DNA of 64,000 nucleotides from a virus, in IMG/VR virus record IMGVR_UViG_3300028625_000001, positions 1 to 64,000 of that record, one strand, 5' to 3'. Of this stretch, positions 16,480-24,879 are shown piece by piece. The notes under the pieces were generated by a model, which was not told where the DNA came from, did not search any database, and was given only the letters and a program-made list of their open reading frames with translations. The translations under genes were made by a program, and so were the position numbers. Every line of letters starts with the position of its first letter. The stretch's first letter is position 1.

Positions 16480-17142
16480 ATGGGAGAAAAATGTCAGCGT
16501 TGCGATTGGGTTTATGAGACTGTTTATCGAATAGACGACAGTCTCTGGGAAAGGATATCTCCAAAGAAATCTAAAGCTGGATTGCTTTGTCCAGAGTGCG
16601 CCGACGAACTTGCAAGACGACAAGGGATTACTCTCTTCTGGGAGGCGAAGCAGGGGGAATATCCATCAGTTGTTGCCGCAAAGGGGCGGGACATACTTTC
16701 TGAAGCCTTGATGGAAATAAGGGCTTATGCCGATCTAAAGTTTGAAGAGACGAAAAATAAGTATTTCGAAGTACTGGCGGGCATAGCCAACGAAGCTTTA
16801 GATGAAGTATTTTATATTGATGGGAGACTTAAAGACTTAAAGGAGATTGAAACCAAAATAGAGGAATTACAGGCAATGGTCCGGTTTTGGGGCAACAGGT
16901 ACGTCCAGCTTCTACAAGACTTCATAAAATACACGAATCACTATTCTGAGTTGGCGCGACGAGTAAGGCGTGCGCCGGGGGCGTCCGGCAAAGACAGAGC
17001 GGCGAACGATTCTGCTATTAACGATCTTTGCCTTATCGCAGAAGACAGCCAGCGAGACTTTCAGAAAGCCGTAGAAAAACTAAAAGAACTCGATAAGATC
17101 GCAGAAGCTTGCCTAAAAGAGAGATTGAATGAAAGAAACTGA
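16480..17142 (+). CDS. hypothetical protein with N-terminal zinc ribbon (220 aa)
   Basis: CQRCDW...CPEC. RBS AAGGAGG. Confidence 0.55.
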   Translation: MGEKCQRCDWVYETVYRIDDSLWERISPKKSKAGLLCPECADELARRQGITLFWEAKQGEYPSVVAAKGRDILSEALMEIRAYADLKFEETKNKYFEVLAGIANEALDEVFYIDGRLKDLKEIETKIEELQAMVRFWGNRYVQLLQDFIKYTNHYSELARRVRRAPGASGKDRAANDSAINDLCLIAEDSQRDFQKAVEKLKELDKIAEACLKERLNERN

Positions 17143-17824
17143 TCTTGCACAACCAATCATACATTGTCTTGAATCCCGGAATTGGGATGTGTATCAAGAA
17201 GTACCTTGTGGATCTGGTGTTGCTGATATTGTGGCTGTCCTCGACAATAAGATATGGGTGGTTGAACTCAAAAAGTCTCTATCCCTGCAATTGCTTGACC
17301 AAGCAATTTATAGATGCGCCAGGGTTCATTATGTTTCTATTGGTATTCCGAGCCGCAAATATAATCTAGGAAGAAAAAACTACGCAGTAAGGACAATCTT
17401 AGATCACTACGGAATAGGTGTATTTATGGTAGGTGTAAGCGGGAGGCTGGATGAGGAAAGAAAGCCGAGACTGAACGAAGATCCTTTTCGTTATGATCTC
17501 AACAAAACTTTCAAAGCCCTTCATCCAAAAATGAAGCAAAATAAAGCAGGCTCATTGCCCGGAAATAACTGGACGCCGTGGAAGGAATGGAAGGCAGATG
17601 TTGAACACATTGTGGCCGAAAACCCCGGCATTACCCCTAAAGAGATGGTGGACAGATTAAAAACACTATACCCCTACAAAAAGCCTGAAAATGCGATGCA
17701 CGCGGCAGTTTATTATGCAAGAAGCGGACTTATAGAAGGTGTCGAAGTCCGTAAAGAAAATAGACGTCTTCGGCTATATCCAGTTAAACAATTCAAACCT
17801 AAAGGAAAAGGCATGTGGGGATAA
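17129..17824 (+). CDS. PD-(D/E)XK-fold nuclease-like protein (Hjc/Mrr-like N-terminal domain)
   Basis: GSGVADIVAVLDNKIWVVELKKS fits a D...(D/E)xK core. The assignment rests on this motif only. Confidence 0.4.
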   Translation: MKETDLAQPIIHCLESRNWDVYQEVPCGSGVADIVAVLDNKIWVVELKKSLSLQLLDQAIYRCARVHYVSIGIPSRKYNLGRKNYAVRTILDHYGIGVFMVGVSGRLDEERKPRLNEDPFRYDLNKTFKALHPKMKQNKAGSLPGNNWTPWKEWKADVEHIVAENPGITPKEMVDRLKTLYPYKKPENAMHAAVYYARSGLIEGVEVRKENRRLRLYPVKQFKPKGKGMWG

Positions 17825-17850
17825 CGGAAGTGGAAAAGGAGGCATGTTTA

Positions 17851-18423
17851 ATGGGTTTAGAAACATTTTCTATGGAAGAAAAGGTTGATCTAATGCTGAA
17901 AAAGTTAGAGTATTTAGAGACAAAGATATCAGAGACGGGAGCAAAAAGAGGCAAGCCAAAACTCTTTAACGCTATGAGGGACGATCTTTGTACAACCAAC
18001 GGGAATCGATTAAAGAGGATTGCCACAGCACCTTATGCGTCAATCAGGAATATTGCCGACAATCGTGTCAATCGGTTTATTCGGATCTCTACAAGGTACG
18101 TGAAGAACTACCAAGACTTTCTCGGCGCGGCACAGATAATCCAGGCAAACGAGAACACAATCTTCATTGTCCCTGAACGAACCTCTTTATCTATATGGCA
18201 ACAGTCAAAGATTACCCAGACGAAAATCTCATACCATAGCGCATCGATAGGGTTTATATTGCCGAACGAAGTCAACCTAGGAAACTTCATTAGCGCTTAT
18301 TGTCATGCTAAGGTTGAAAAACGCTATATAAAGATCGATCTGAATTATGTAGTGCATCCAAAGACTGGTGAGTTGGTTTCTATGTGGGACAAATACAATC
18401 AGATGATAATAGGGGTCAACTAA
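17851..18423 (+). CDS. hypothetical protein (190 aa)
   Basis: ORF 17815..18423 trimmed to ATG 17851, which lies 8 nt after AGGAGG. Confidence 0.5.
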   Translation: MGLETFSMEEKVDLMLKKLEYLETKISETGAKRGKPKLFNAMRDDLCTTNGNRLKRIATAPYASIRNIADNRVNRFIRISTRYVKNYQDFLGAAQIIQANENTIFIVPERTSLSIWQQSKITQTKISYHSASIGFILPNEVNLGNFISAYCHAKVEKRYIKIDLNYVVHPKTGELVSMWDKYNQMIIGVN

Positions 18424-19118
18424 TGAAACATTACATAGCCTCATGGAGCGGGACGGCATCTTCCGTAACGTTAATAGATGCAATGGGAGATGAAGACCGG
18501 ATCTGTCAAGTTGCAAGAATTAGTTATAATAGGGAAGATGCAAAAGAAGGGTCGCGGCTAATCGCCTTCCTCTTAGAGCAAAAACACATGTCCCCCTTTG
18601 AGCATGTCGAGTTCGAGTTCTTTATCCATACTCCAATTCCGATAAGGACTCAGCTATTCAGGCATAGGACAGCCTCTCCTAACGAGTTGTCGGGCCGCTT
18701 TGTTTCCGCCAAAGACAGCGGGATCTATTTTCCTAACGCTCCTATGGATCTTCAAGGTAGACTTCAAAGTCTATACGAGGCTTCTTTAGAACTGTATAGC
18801 GACCTTTTAGCCAGTGGCATACCCAGAGAGGTTTCCCGTATGGTCCTCTTACAAGGACAAATGACTAAGTTTTATTTCAAGGTCAATGCCAGGAGTCTAA
18901 TCAACATCTTTGAACAAAGGTTATCCGATCATGCGCAATATGAAATGGTTGAGCTGGCAACAATGATGTTTAATGCCTTCGAACACATCTTACCCACAGT
19001 CGCGGAACGTTTTACCTGGATGCACCCGGTACTATATAGCAACATCTTGAAGTTAAGGAAAGGGATTGTTAAAGAGGAAGATCCCTGGAATCCAAAGATA
19101 AAGGGAGTTATGAAGTAA
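18423..19118 (+). CDS. thyX: flavin-dependent thymidylate synthase ThyX
   Basis: MSPFEHVEFEF... and the ThyX signature LFRHRTASPNELSGR (RHRxxSxxxxSxR). Trimmed to ATG 18423. Confidence 0.85.
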   Translation: MKHYIASWSGTASSVTLIDAMGDEDRICQVARISYNREDAKEGSRLIAFLLEQKHMSPFEHVEFEFFIHTPIPIRTQLFRHRTASPNELSGRFVSAKDSGIYFPNAPMDLQGRLQSLYEASLELYSDLLASGIPREVSRMVLLQGQMTKFYFKVNARSLINIFEQRLSDHAQYEMVELATMMFNAFEHILPTVAERFTWMHPVLYSNILKLRKGIVKEEDPWNPKIKGVMK

Positions 19119-19119
19119 G

Positions 19120-19148
19120 AGGCGGGGGATAATCCCCGCCTTCTTATT
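19120..19148. terminator. bidirectional terminator hairpin between convergent genes
   Basis: AGGCGGGG-GATAAT-CCCCGCCT followed by TCTTATTATT. Lies between the thyX stop and the stop of minus ORF 19147. Confidence 0.75.
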
Positions 19149-19761
19149 ATTCAAAGACGTACTCGAAGCAAGCCCTTTCTACAGGCGTAATAATCCAGAC
19201 CCTTATCCACTTTGTGTTTTCGTCTATAATCTCTTCGGAGTCTGAAGTCTTCTTGGGGAAAGCAAACGTGTTTAGACAAAAATAATATCCGTCTGCCAGC
19301 CTTTTAACTTCGTCTATGACTTTTACCTCCACTTTCACCTTTTTCCCCTTGTCGTTTATAAGGAGGATGTCAGTTATTTCGGTAAAGGAGGATTTTGAAT
19401 TAATATAGTCTCTATAGGGATAGTTATCTGAGTATAGAGATACCGCAATTATCCAACGCTGCTTAGTCATAGCCAGATTTTCTTCTCGGTATTTCAGGCG
19501 TTCTTCTTCGGTGAAAAAGTTGCGCTCTGCATGATAATCGGCGTTATGTATCAAGTATTCCGGGGTAAGGAACACCGCCTTTGAACTACTTCCCCAGACT
19601 GAGTTTTCAGTCTCTAATGTAACGCAAGAAAGATATCGCTGATGCACTTCGTCCATTGTGAGTTCTTCCGGCTCATGCGTCACGGGGTTCGGGATGGTTG
19701 CCGTGGCTAACATCGCCGCGGCTAAAACCAACGACACAACTACCAACAAAACTTTTTTCAT
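19147..19761 (-). CDS. secreted/exported protein (204 aa)
   Basis: N-terminal signal-like MKKVLLVVVSLVLAAAMLATATI. RBS GGTAGGGGA (rc). Confidence 0.6.
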   Translation of the reverse strand: MKKVLLVVVSLVLAAAMLATATIPNPVTHEPEELTMDEVHQRYLSCVTLETENSVWGSSSKAVFLTPEYLIHNADYHAERNFFTEEERLKYREENLAMTKQRWIIAVSLYSDNYPYRDYINSKSSFTEITDILLINDKGKKVKVEVKVIDEVKRLADGYYFCLNTFAFPKKTSDSEEIIDENTKWIRVWIITPVERACFEYVFE

Positions 19762-19800
19762 ACATTTTCCCCTACCTTCTTTATAGAATTTCCCCCACTC

Positions 19801-21270
19801 TTATGAAAGGACAGTTCTATCAGCCTCGATAAGGCTATCCATAATGATATGTTTCAAAAGTTCAGTATTGGTCTCTGTGACCACCACGGGTTTTACTCCA
19901 AAGCTCTTAAGCTTATCCCAAACCTTATGGCTGGCGAAACTTACATTCAAGACATTTACATGAGCCTTGATTATTGTGTCTGGCGGCCTTACTGGAGAAT
20001 ATATGTTAATTATGACATTATATTTCTTCATTTCGCCTACAATATAAGCATCGAGGCCGAAGTAGTTAACTACTTTCGGTGATTCAAATGGCAAATAATC
20101 ATTTCTCTTGATTTTCTCCTGGAGACTTGATATTGTGTCTATCAACGCTTTCTTCTCTTCTTCCAAAGAAGAGACATCTTCTGAAAGCCTCTGGTTTTCA
20201 TTGTATAATTCGTCCATCTCTCTATATAAATCCTTTTGATCGGAATTGTTTACGACAGGCATTGCTTCTGACTGTTTGATTCTCAATTCGCGCGATTTTG
20301 ACGCGAGTTTTCTAGCCATAACCGCAAGTCTTTCCTCCATACACATCTTGTCGTCTTTGTATTGCTCTAAAAATCTTCTGAACACAGCCTCTCCAGATTT
20401 ATCGGATTCCCTCATTTCTTTGATCTCTTCTTCAATAATGGTTATTCTGTTTAGAAGCACATAGTTGTAGGTGGCTGTTGCAAGAAAATGGCGTGCGGTA
20501 TTTTCAGACACAAGCAACTCATCGCCGACTCTTTTAGCTTCCAAGAATCTCACTACGTTGTCATCTATCTCTATGTCTTCAAACTTTTCTACTCCAAATA
20601 ATTTTCTTGCCTCACCTAGATAATGACTATCTACAACAGGATAAAGAGTATCCATCAAAAACGAAGATATCATGGTGTCGTTCAATTTTTTCGATATAGC
20701 TAAAGACGAGTCGTAATGATTTTTCATCTTGTCATCGTTTATATGGCTGGCAAATTCAAGCAATTCCACGACTCTGACGAAGTATTCAACAGGTCTGTTT
20801 CTCACTATCGAGTCGTACATCATCCAGAAGAAGGGAGTGCATTTCCATGTAATCGTATCTCCGCCAAGTATGTCGCTTTGTTCTGAAGAAAGTCTTTCGA
20901 GATCGTCGAGCGTAAATTCTGAATAGTTTTGATTTTTCTCATAACTGGTTTTCCAGTGATAATACCATTCCTTCATTACTGGCTTGGCATTTTCAGGGGC
21001 ATTTCCTGTTTCGCTTATAAACAGTATTATGCCGACGAAAGTACTTATAGAAGCGGACATGAAGTCGTCACCTTTTTCAAAAGAAGAGTATTTTTCTATC
21101 TCTTTGTTCAAAGCCTCTGCTTTTGAGTTGTTTACTCCGCTAACAAGAAATTCTGTTAGTATGCCAGCATTTGCTTTAACGCCAAGAGTTTTTTGTGATT
21201 CTCCTAAAGTCTTAGCCAGTTTTTTCCAGAACATAATGTGTGGTTCTCTCGCTATCTTGAATTTTGGCAT
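19801..21270 (-). CDS. hypothetical protein with central coiled coil (489 aa)
   Basis: Long minus-strand ORF with RBS ACGGAGGT (rc). Heptad-rich segment ...LYNENQRLSEDVSSLEEEKKALIDTISSLQEKIK. No family recognised. Confidence 0.6.
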   Translation of the reverse strand: MPKFKIAREPHIMFWKKLAKTLGESQKTLGVKANAGILTEFLVSGVNNSKAEALNKEIEKYSSFEKGDDFMSASISTFVGIILFISETGNAPENAKPVMKEWYYHWKTSYEKNQNYSEFTLDDLERLSSEQSDILGGDTITWKCTPFFWMMYDSIVRNRPVEYFVRVVELLEFASHINDDKMKNHYDSSLAISKKLNDTMISSFLMDTLYPVVDSHYLGEARKLFGVEKFEDIEIDDNVVRFLEAKRVGDELLVSENTARHFLATATYNYVLLNRITIIEEEIKEMRESDKSGEAVFRRFLEQYKDDKMCMEERLAVMARKLASKSRELRIKQSEAMPVVNNSDQKDLYREMDELYNENQRLSEDVSSLEEEKKALIDTISSLQEKIKRNDYLPFESPKVVNYFGLDAYIVGEMKKYNVIINIYSPVRPPDTIIKAHVNVLNVSFASHKVWDKLKSFGVKPVVVTETNTELLKHIIMDSLIEADRTVLS

Positions 21271-21307
21271 CGATTAACCTCCGTAAGTTTTCTTTACTAA
21301 CTGACGT

Positions 21308-21363
21308 AGATCTTAAGATCTTAGATCTTATTACTTAGTATCTAAAGAGCATATAAAAGATCT
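21308..21363. promoter_or_regulatory. AGATCT palindrome cluster (candidate operator)
   Basis: AGATCTTA x3 in tandem (21308-21330) plus AGATCT at 21358-21363. Lies 40-90 nt upstream of minus ORF 19801-21270. Confidence 0.5.
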
Positions 21364-21490
21364 TTGCAACGCCGTGCCAGTCAGCTAAAACCATTTTCCA
21401 ATCGGCGACACAGACGTTATTTAGAATCGTTTGAATGTAATAAAAAATAGTACTATTTTATATTACATCCTACAGGACCTAATAAAAAAA

Positions 21491-21616
21491 AGAACTATAC
21501 AAACGTATTATGTAATAGAATATAGAACTATACGAATGTATTATGTAATAAAAAAAAGAACTATACAGATGTATTATGTAATAGAAAAAAGAACCATACA
21601 AACGTATAACCTAATA
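21491..21616. repeat. four 33-bp-period iterons (parS/centromere-like)
   Basis: AGAACTATACAAACGTATTATGTAATA-type 27-mers start at 21491, 21524, 21557 and 21590 (exact 33-bp period). They lie immediately 3' of the par operon, like sopC. Confidence 0.7.
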
Positions 21617-21623
21617 GATTCTA

Positions 21624-22415
21624 TTACTTTTGATTTAGGGTTTTTTCAACGACCAAAGAGATAAGCTTATCGTACGACTTCAAGCTGCGGACTCTTATGT
21701 ATTCTTTTAGATTATCCTCAGAACCTCCGAGCGATTTGAGAAGTGCTCTTAGTTGTTCGCCGTTTATGATTACCGACTTGGCAAAGGTTATCTTATTGAT
21801 ATCGTCCAGGAGCTCATAAATGTCCTTGCCATATATTTCTTTGATGTCATCGGAAAGTTTATCGGTACGGATCTTGGTTATTTTCATGACCGGTGTTTTG
21901 TTCAGAGTCTCTTCTTTCTTCTCAAGATACCACGCCTTTTCGGGCGGGACCCATTCGATTCCATTTCCATTAGTCACAGGAAGATTCACGGTATAGCTGA
22001 TATGTCTTTCGGAAGGTTCTCCAGACTTAAGCGTCATTCTCTGATAGATAGAAATGAGTCCTTTAGAAAGGAGTTTGTCGAAAACACCCTTCATATTCTG
22101 AAGAGATATATTGGTATGCTTACATATAGTAGTCTTACTTATGAATCCGGTTCTTCCGGTAGGCAAATTACTCTCGAATGGTTTATACCCGTACGCCATT
22201 GAGTAACAGACAATATACGCCCTGAGTTCCATTTCTGTTATTTCCGACTTCAACACCAGGCTCATGAGGTCGCAAGGGAGCATTATGAAGTTACCTTTAT
22301 AGGAAAAGGCATCTACTTTCTCCTCGACTTCTTTCTTCTCGTCGAGCTTATGTTCGATATCGTCTATGTATTGGTTTAGTCGCTCAAGTCTTTCCTTATT
22401 GTCTCGCTTTGCCAT
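21624..22415 (-). CDS. centromere-binding partner of ParA (winged-helix protein; possibly a Rep-like initiator)
   Basis: Start overlaps the parA stop by 20 nt. wHTH-like segment FISKTTICKHTNISLQNMKGVFDKLLSKGLISIY. Function inferred from operon position. Confidence 0.45.
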   Translation of the reverse strand: MAKRDNKERLERLNQYIDDIEHKLDEKKEVEEKVDAFSYKGNFIMLPCDLMSLVLKSEITEMELRAYIVCYSMAYGYKPFESNLPTGRTGFISKTTICKHTNISLQNMKGVFDKLLSKGLISIYQRMTLKSGEPSERHISYTVNLPVTNGNGIEWVPPEKAWYLEKKEETLNKTPVMKITKIRTDKLSDDIKEIYGKDIYELLDDINKITFAKSVIINGEQLRALLKSLGGSEDNLKEYIRVRSLKSYDKLISLVVEKTLNQK

Positions 22416-23220
22416 ACGTCCACTCTAAAAATTCAGATACGAACTCTTCCCATTCTTCGGCGGCGGTGGGGAATCCTCGTTGCCCGGGAGCTCTTCTTTC
22501 AGGGGCAAAATCTGTCAGAGATTTTCTCTCGAAGAAAGCCCTGGGGAAAACCTTCAGCCTTGGAACAATAGACTTGAAGGCGTCGTCTCTCGCCGCTATC
22601 CTGCGGGCCATAGTCATATCGTCGGTTACTGTCCTGTTTATACTACTGGCAAGATATCTAAGTTCCTTACCTTTTATGTTGTAGTGAATCATTAATTCCT
22701 TGAATCCCGCAATACCAACCCACGAATGTTCAGACGGGTCAAGAGGTACTATTATGTGAGTCGAAGCGAATATGCCGGTAACGAACATAAAGGAAACAGA
22801 CGGGGCATAATCTAGCAAAACATAATCGAATGTAGATAGTCTTCTTGACCTGAGAAACATTTCCTGTAAATAGTCATATGGTTTATTGGCGAAAGCATAC
22901 GACTCTTTAACTGCCAGAAGAATGTCGGTTGATGGTACTATATAAGCATTGAGGTCGGGTATTGGTGATATGAGGTCGTCGATTTCGACTTTCTTCTCGG
23001 TTAGGATCTTTTTTATTCCCCCGGGAAGGGGGACCCCATACGCAAGAGTTTTGGTAAGGTTTGCCTGTGGGTCGGTATCTATGAACAAAACCTTCTTGCC
23101 CAGCTTAATAAGTTCTAACCCCAGCAAACCGCACAAAGTAGTTTTCCCTACTCCGCCTTTGAAATTAGTAAGTGAAACAACAATTGCCACAAGCTCACCC
23201 CCGATGCGCTTATTGTTCAA
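22396..23220 (-). CDS. parA: ParA/SopA-family partition ATPase
   Basis: Deviant Walker A LTNFKGGVGKTT, VLFIDTDPQANLT, and Walker B-like YVLLDYAPS. Confidence 0.85.
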   Translation of the reverse strand: MNNKRIGGELVAIVVSLTNFKGGVGKTTLCGLLGLELIKLGKKVLFIDTDPQANLTKTLAYGVPLPGGIKKILTEKKVEIDDLISPIPDLNAYIVPSTDILLAVKESYAFANKPYDYLQEMFLRSRRLSTFDYVLLDYAPSVSFMFVTGIFASTHIIVPLDPSEHSWVGIAGFKELMIHYNIKGKELRYLASSINRTVTDDMTMARRIAARDDAFKSIVPRLKVFPRAFFERKSLTDFAPERRAPGQRGFPTAAEEWEEFVSEFLEWTYGKARQ

Positions 23221-23348
23221 GGGTAGTATATCACATAACGCGAGCTATCCCTAATCCTTGTAATGAAATTACACCACCTATCAAACTCGCCATTTTAAGC
23301 CACATTTAGCAGCTCCTCAATCCTTACCGTGTAAATTTTATAGGTAAT

Positions 23349-23390
23349 ATATTCTATTACTTACTAGATTCTAGTACATAATATATTCTA
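23349..23390. promoter_or_regulatory. A(T/G)ATTCTA repeats with 17-bp period upstream of parA (candidate operator)
   Basis: Copies at 23349, 23366 and 23383. The same AGATTCTATTAC occurs at 21616-21627 beside the iterons. Confidence 0.5.
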
Positions 23391-23491
23391 GCACATACTA
23401 TAATCAAGAATACAATACAATATAGCACTTAATAAAAAGTAGCATGTAATATAATATATTACTTTCCGGCAGAATCTACATAACAAACCAC

Positions 23492-23520
23492 TTGACAACC
23501 ATCACACATAATGATATCAT
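23492..23520 (+). promoter_or_regulatory. sigma70-type promoter
   Basis: TTGACA, 17 nt, TATCAT. 22 nt upstream of ORF 23542. Confidence 0.6.
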
Positions 23521-23541
23521 ATAAGGTGTAGGGAGGCAGAG

Positions 23542-24024
23542 ATGGAAAAGTTTAGAGAAGACATAATAGAGTTTCTTAAGAAAATGCCAAAAGAGCTATT
23601 ATCGACGGCTATATTCATTGAAGAAGATTGGAAGCCTCTATACTTTTCTTTAGCTCTTCTCTCTGTAGGGCAGGGAGAAGCGGCGACCGTCAAGTATATA
23701 GGACTGCAACCGTTGGCAAGGTTCACAGGAATGAAGACGGTTAGAGTTTCTTCCATTCTTGCCAACATGAAGATAAAAGGGCTTATAGACTCTGTATATG
23801 TCGAACATGGTGTTGGAAGCCTTTACATAGTCCGCGCGGCCGACAATTCATTAGAGCTAAAGCCTATGCCTCAGTTCATGCCTGACCTCCTTCCGGCAGA
23901 AAAAACAATAGAAAGAGAACAAGAACTATACAGGGCTATGGGTAGATACCCTTACATTGCCGAGGCGAACAAAAAGATCGAGACAATTCTAAAGATAGAC
24001 ACCTTGAGGTATTTCTTGAAATAA
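23542..24024 (+). CDS. hypothetical protein, possible winged-helix DNA-binding (160 aa)
   Basis: RBS GGGAGG. TVRVSSILANMKIKGLIDSVYVE is HTH-like. Confidence 0.5.
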   Translation: MEKFREDIIEFLKKMPKELLSTAIFIEEDWKPLYFSLALLSVGQGEAATVKYIGLQPLARFTGMKTVRVSSILANMKIKGLIDSVYVEHGVGSLYIVRAADNSLELKPMPQFMPDLLPAEKTIEREQELYRAMGRYPYIAEANKKIETILKIDTLRYFLK

Positions 24025-24087
24025 CCAGGGTAAGACTCCCCCTTATTACAGTATGAGTCAAACACTATAACCTTTAAGGGGGCTTTT

Positions 24088-24831
24088 GTGAGAAACAGAA
24101 AAGAGAACTGGTCAGGTTTTGACCAGACGGTATATGAAAATATTATTCCTTCACTTATAGCGACGGAAGACATCCCAAAGACTATTGAAAAGAATGATTT
24201 GAAGCAGTCCCTGTTTCTTTTATACTGGACGGAGCGCCAGCGATTCAATAACAGGGATGTTGTCGCGCGCTGGCTTAAAGGCGCGCTACGGAATATTATT
24301 GTCGGGCTTCAATACAGACACTACCCTTCAATGGAGTATGTCATAAAGGATTCTGACTTCCATGACCTGGCTAATTATGTTTTGACTTCGCAAGAACTAG
24401 AGGTCTATGTTTTACGCGTGGGCAGTGCTTACCAATTTATAACCAACGTCAAAGACTATAGCGACGAAGATACAGAAGTAGACGATTCTTATCAGAGATG
24501 GTATATCGCCACTGTCAGAAGATTGATAAACAAAATCTTTGCGGAGACTTATTCAAGACCTTATCTAACCAACGAACAATGCGACGCATATCTCAACTTC
24601 TTATTGAGGAAGGTCACAAAAGAAGACTTCATTATTATCTTAAAGAAGACCCACGCACTCCCCTGTCGGAGCTCCAGGTTTATCAACCGACTTAACAAAC
24701 AACTTGCCGCCGGGCTATTCAAAGAAGGCTTAGTTTCTGAGCAAAAATTAATGGCTCTCGGCATTTCTGGCTGGAGAGAAAGGCTAGGCATTGTAGAAAA
24801 AGGGAATGTCAGTGAACTTACTGTTGAGTAA
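24088..24831 (+). CDS. hypothetical protein (247 aa; in the position of a small terminase subunit)
   Basis: GTG after AAGGGGG. Immediately upstream of the large terminase. No motif support for function. Confidence 0.45.
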   Translation: MRNRKENWSGFDQTVYENIIPSLIATEDIPKTIEKNDLKQSLFLLYWTERQRFNNRDVVARWLKGALRNIIVGLQYRHYPSMEYVIKDSDFHDLANYVLTSQELEVYVLRVGSAYQFITNVKDYSDEDTEVDDSYQRWYIATVRRLINKIFAETYSRPYLTNEQCDAYLNFLLRKVTKEDFIIILKKTHALPCRSSRFINRLNKQLAAGLFKEGLVSEQKLMALGISGWRERLGIVEKGNVSELTVE

Positions 24832-24879
24832 ATAAAATGTTACTATGATGTACACAGCGCCAGTTTCTTCTACTATTAT

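Noticed and set aside
21431-21664. ORF 21431..21664(+) and a possible CRISPR-like array
   Set aside because: The peptide (KKRTIQTYYVIE repeated) is a translation of the 33-bp iterons. The repeats are 27 bp with only about 6-bp 'spacers', are imperfect, and lie beside parA. This makes them a centromere-like array rather than CRISPR.
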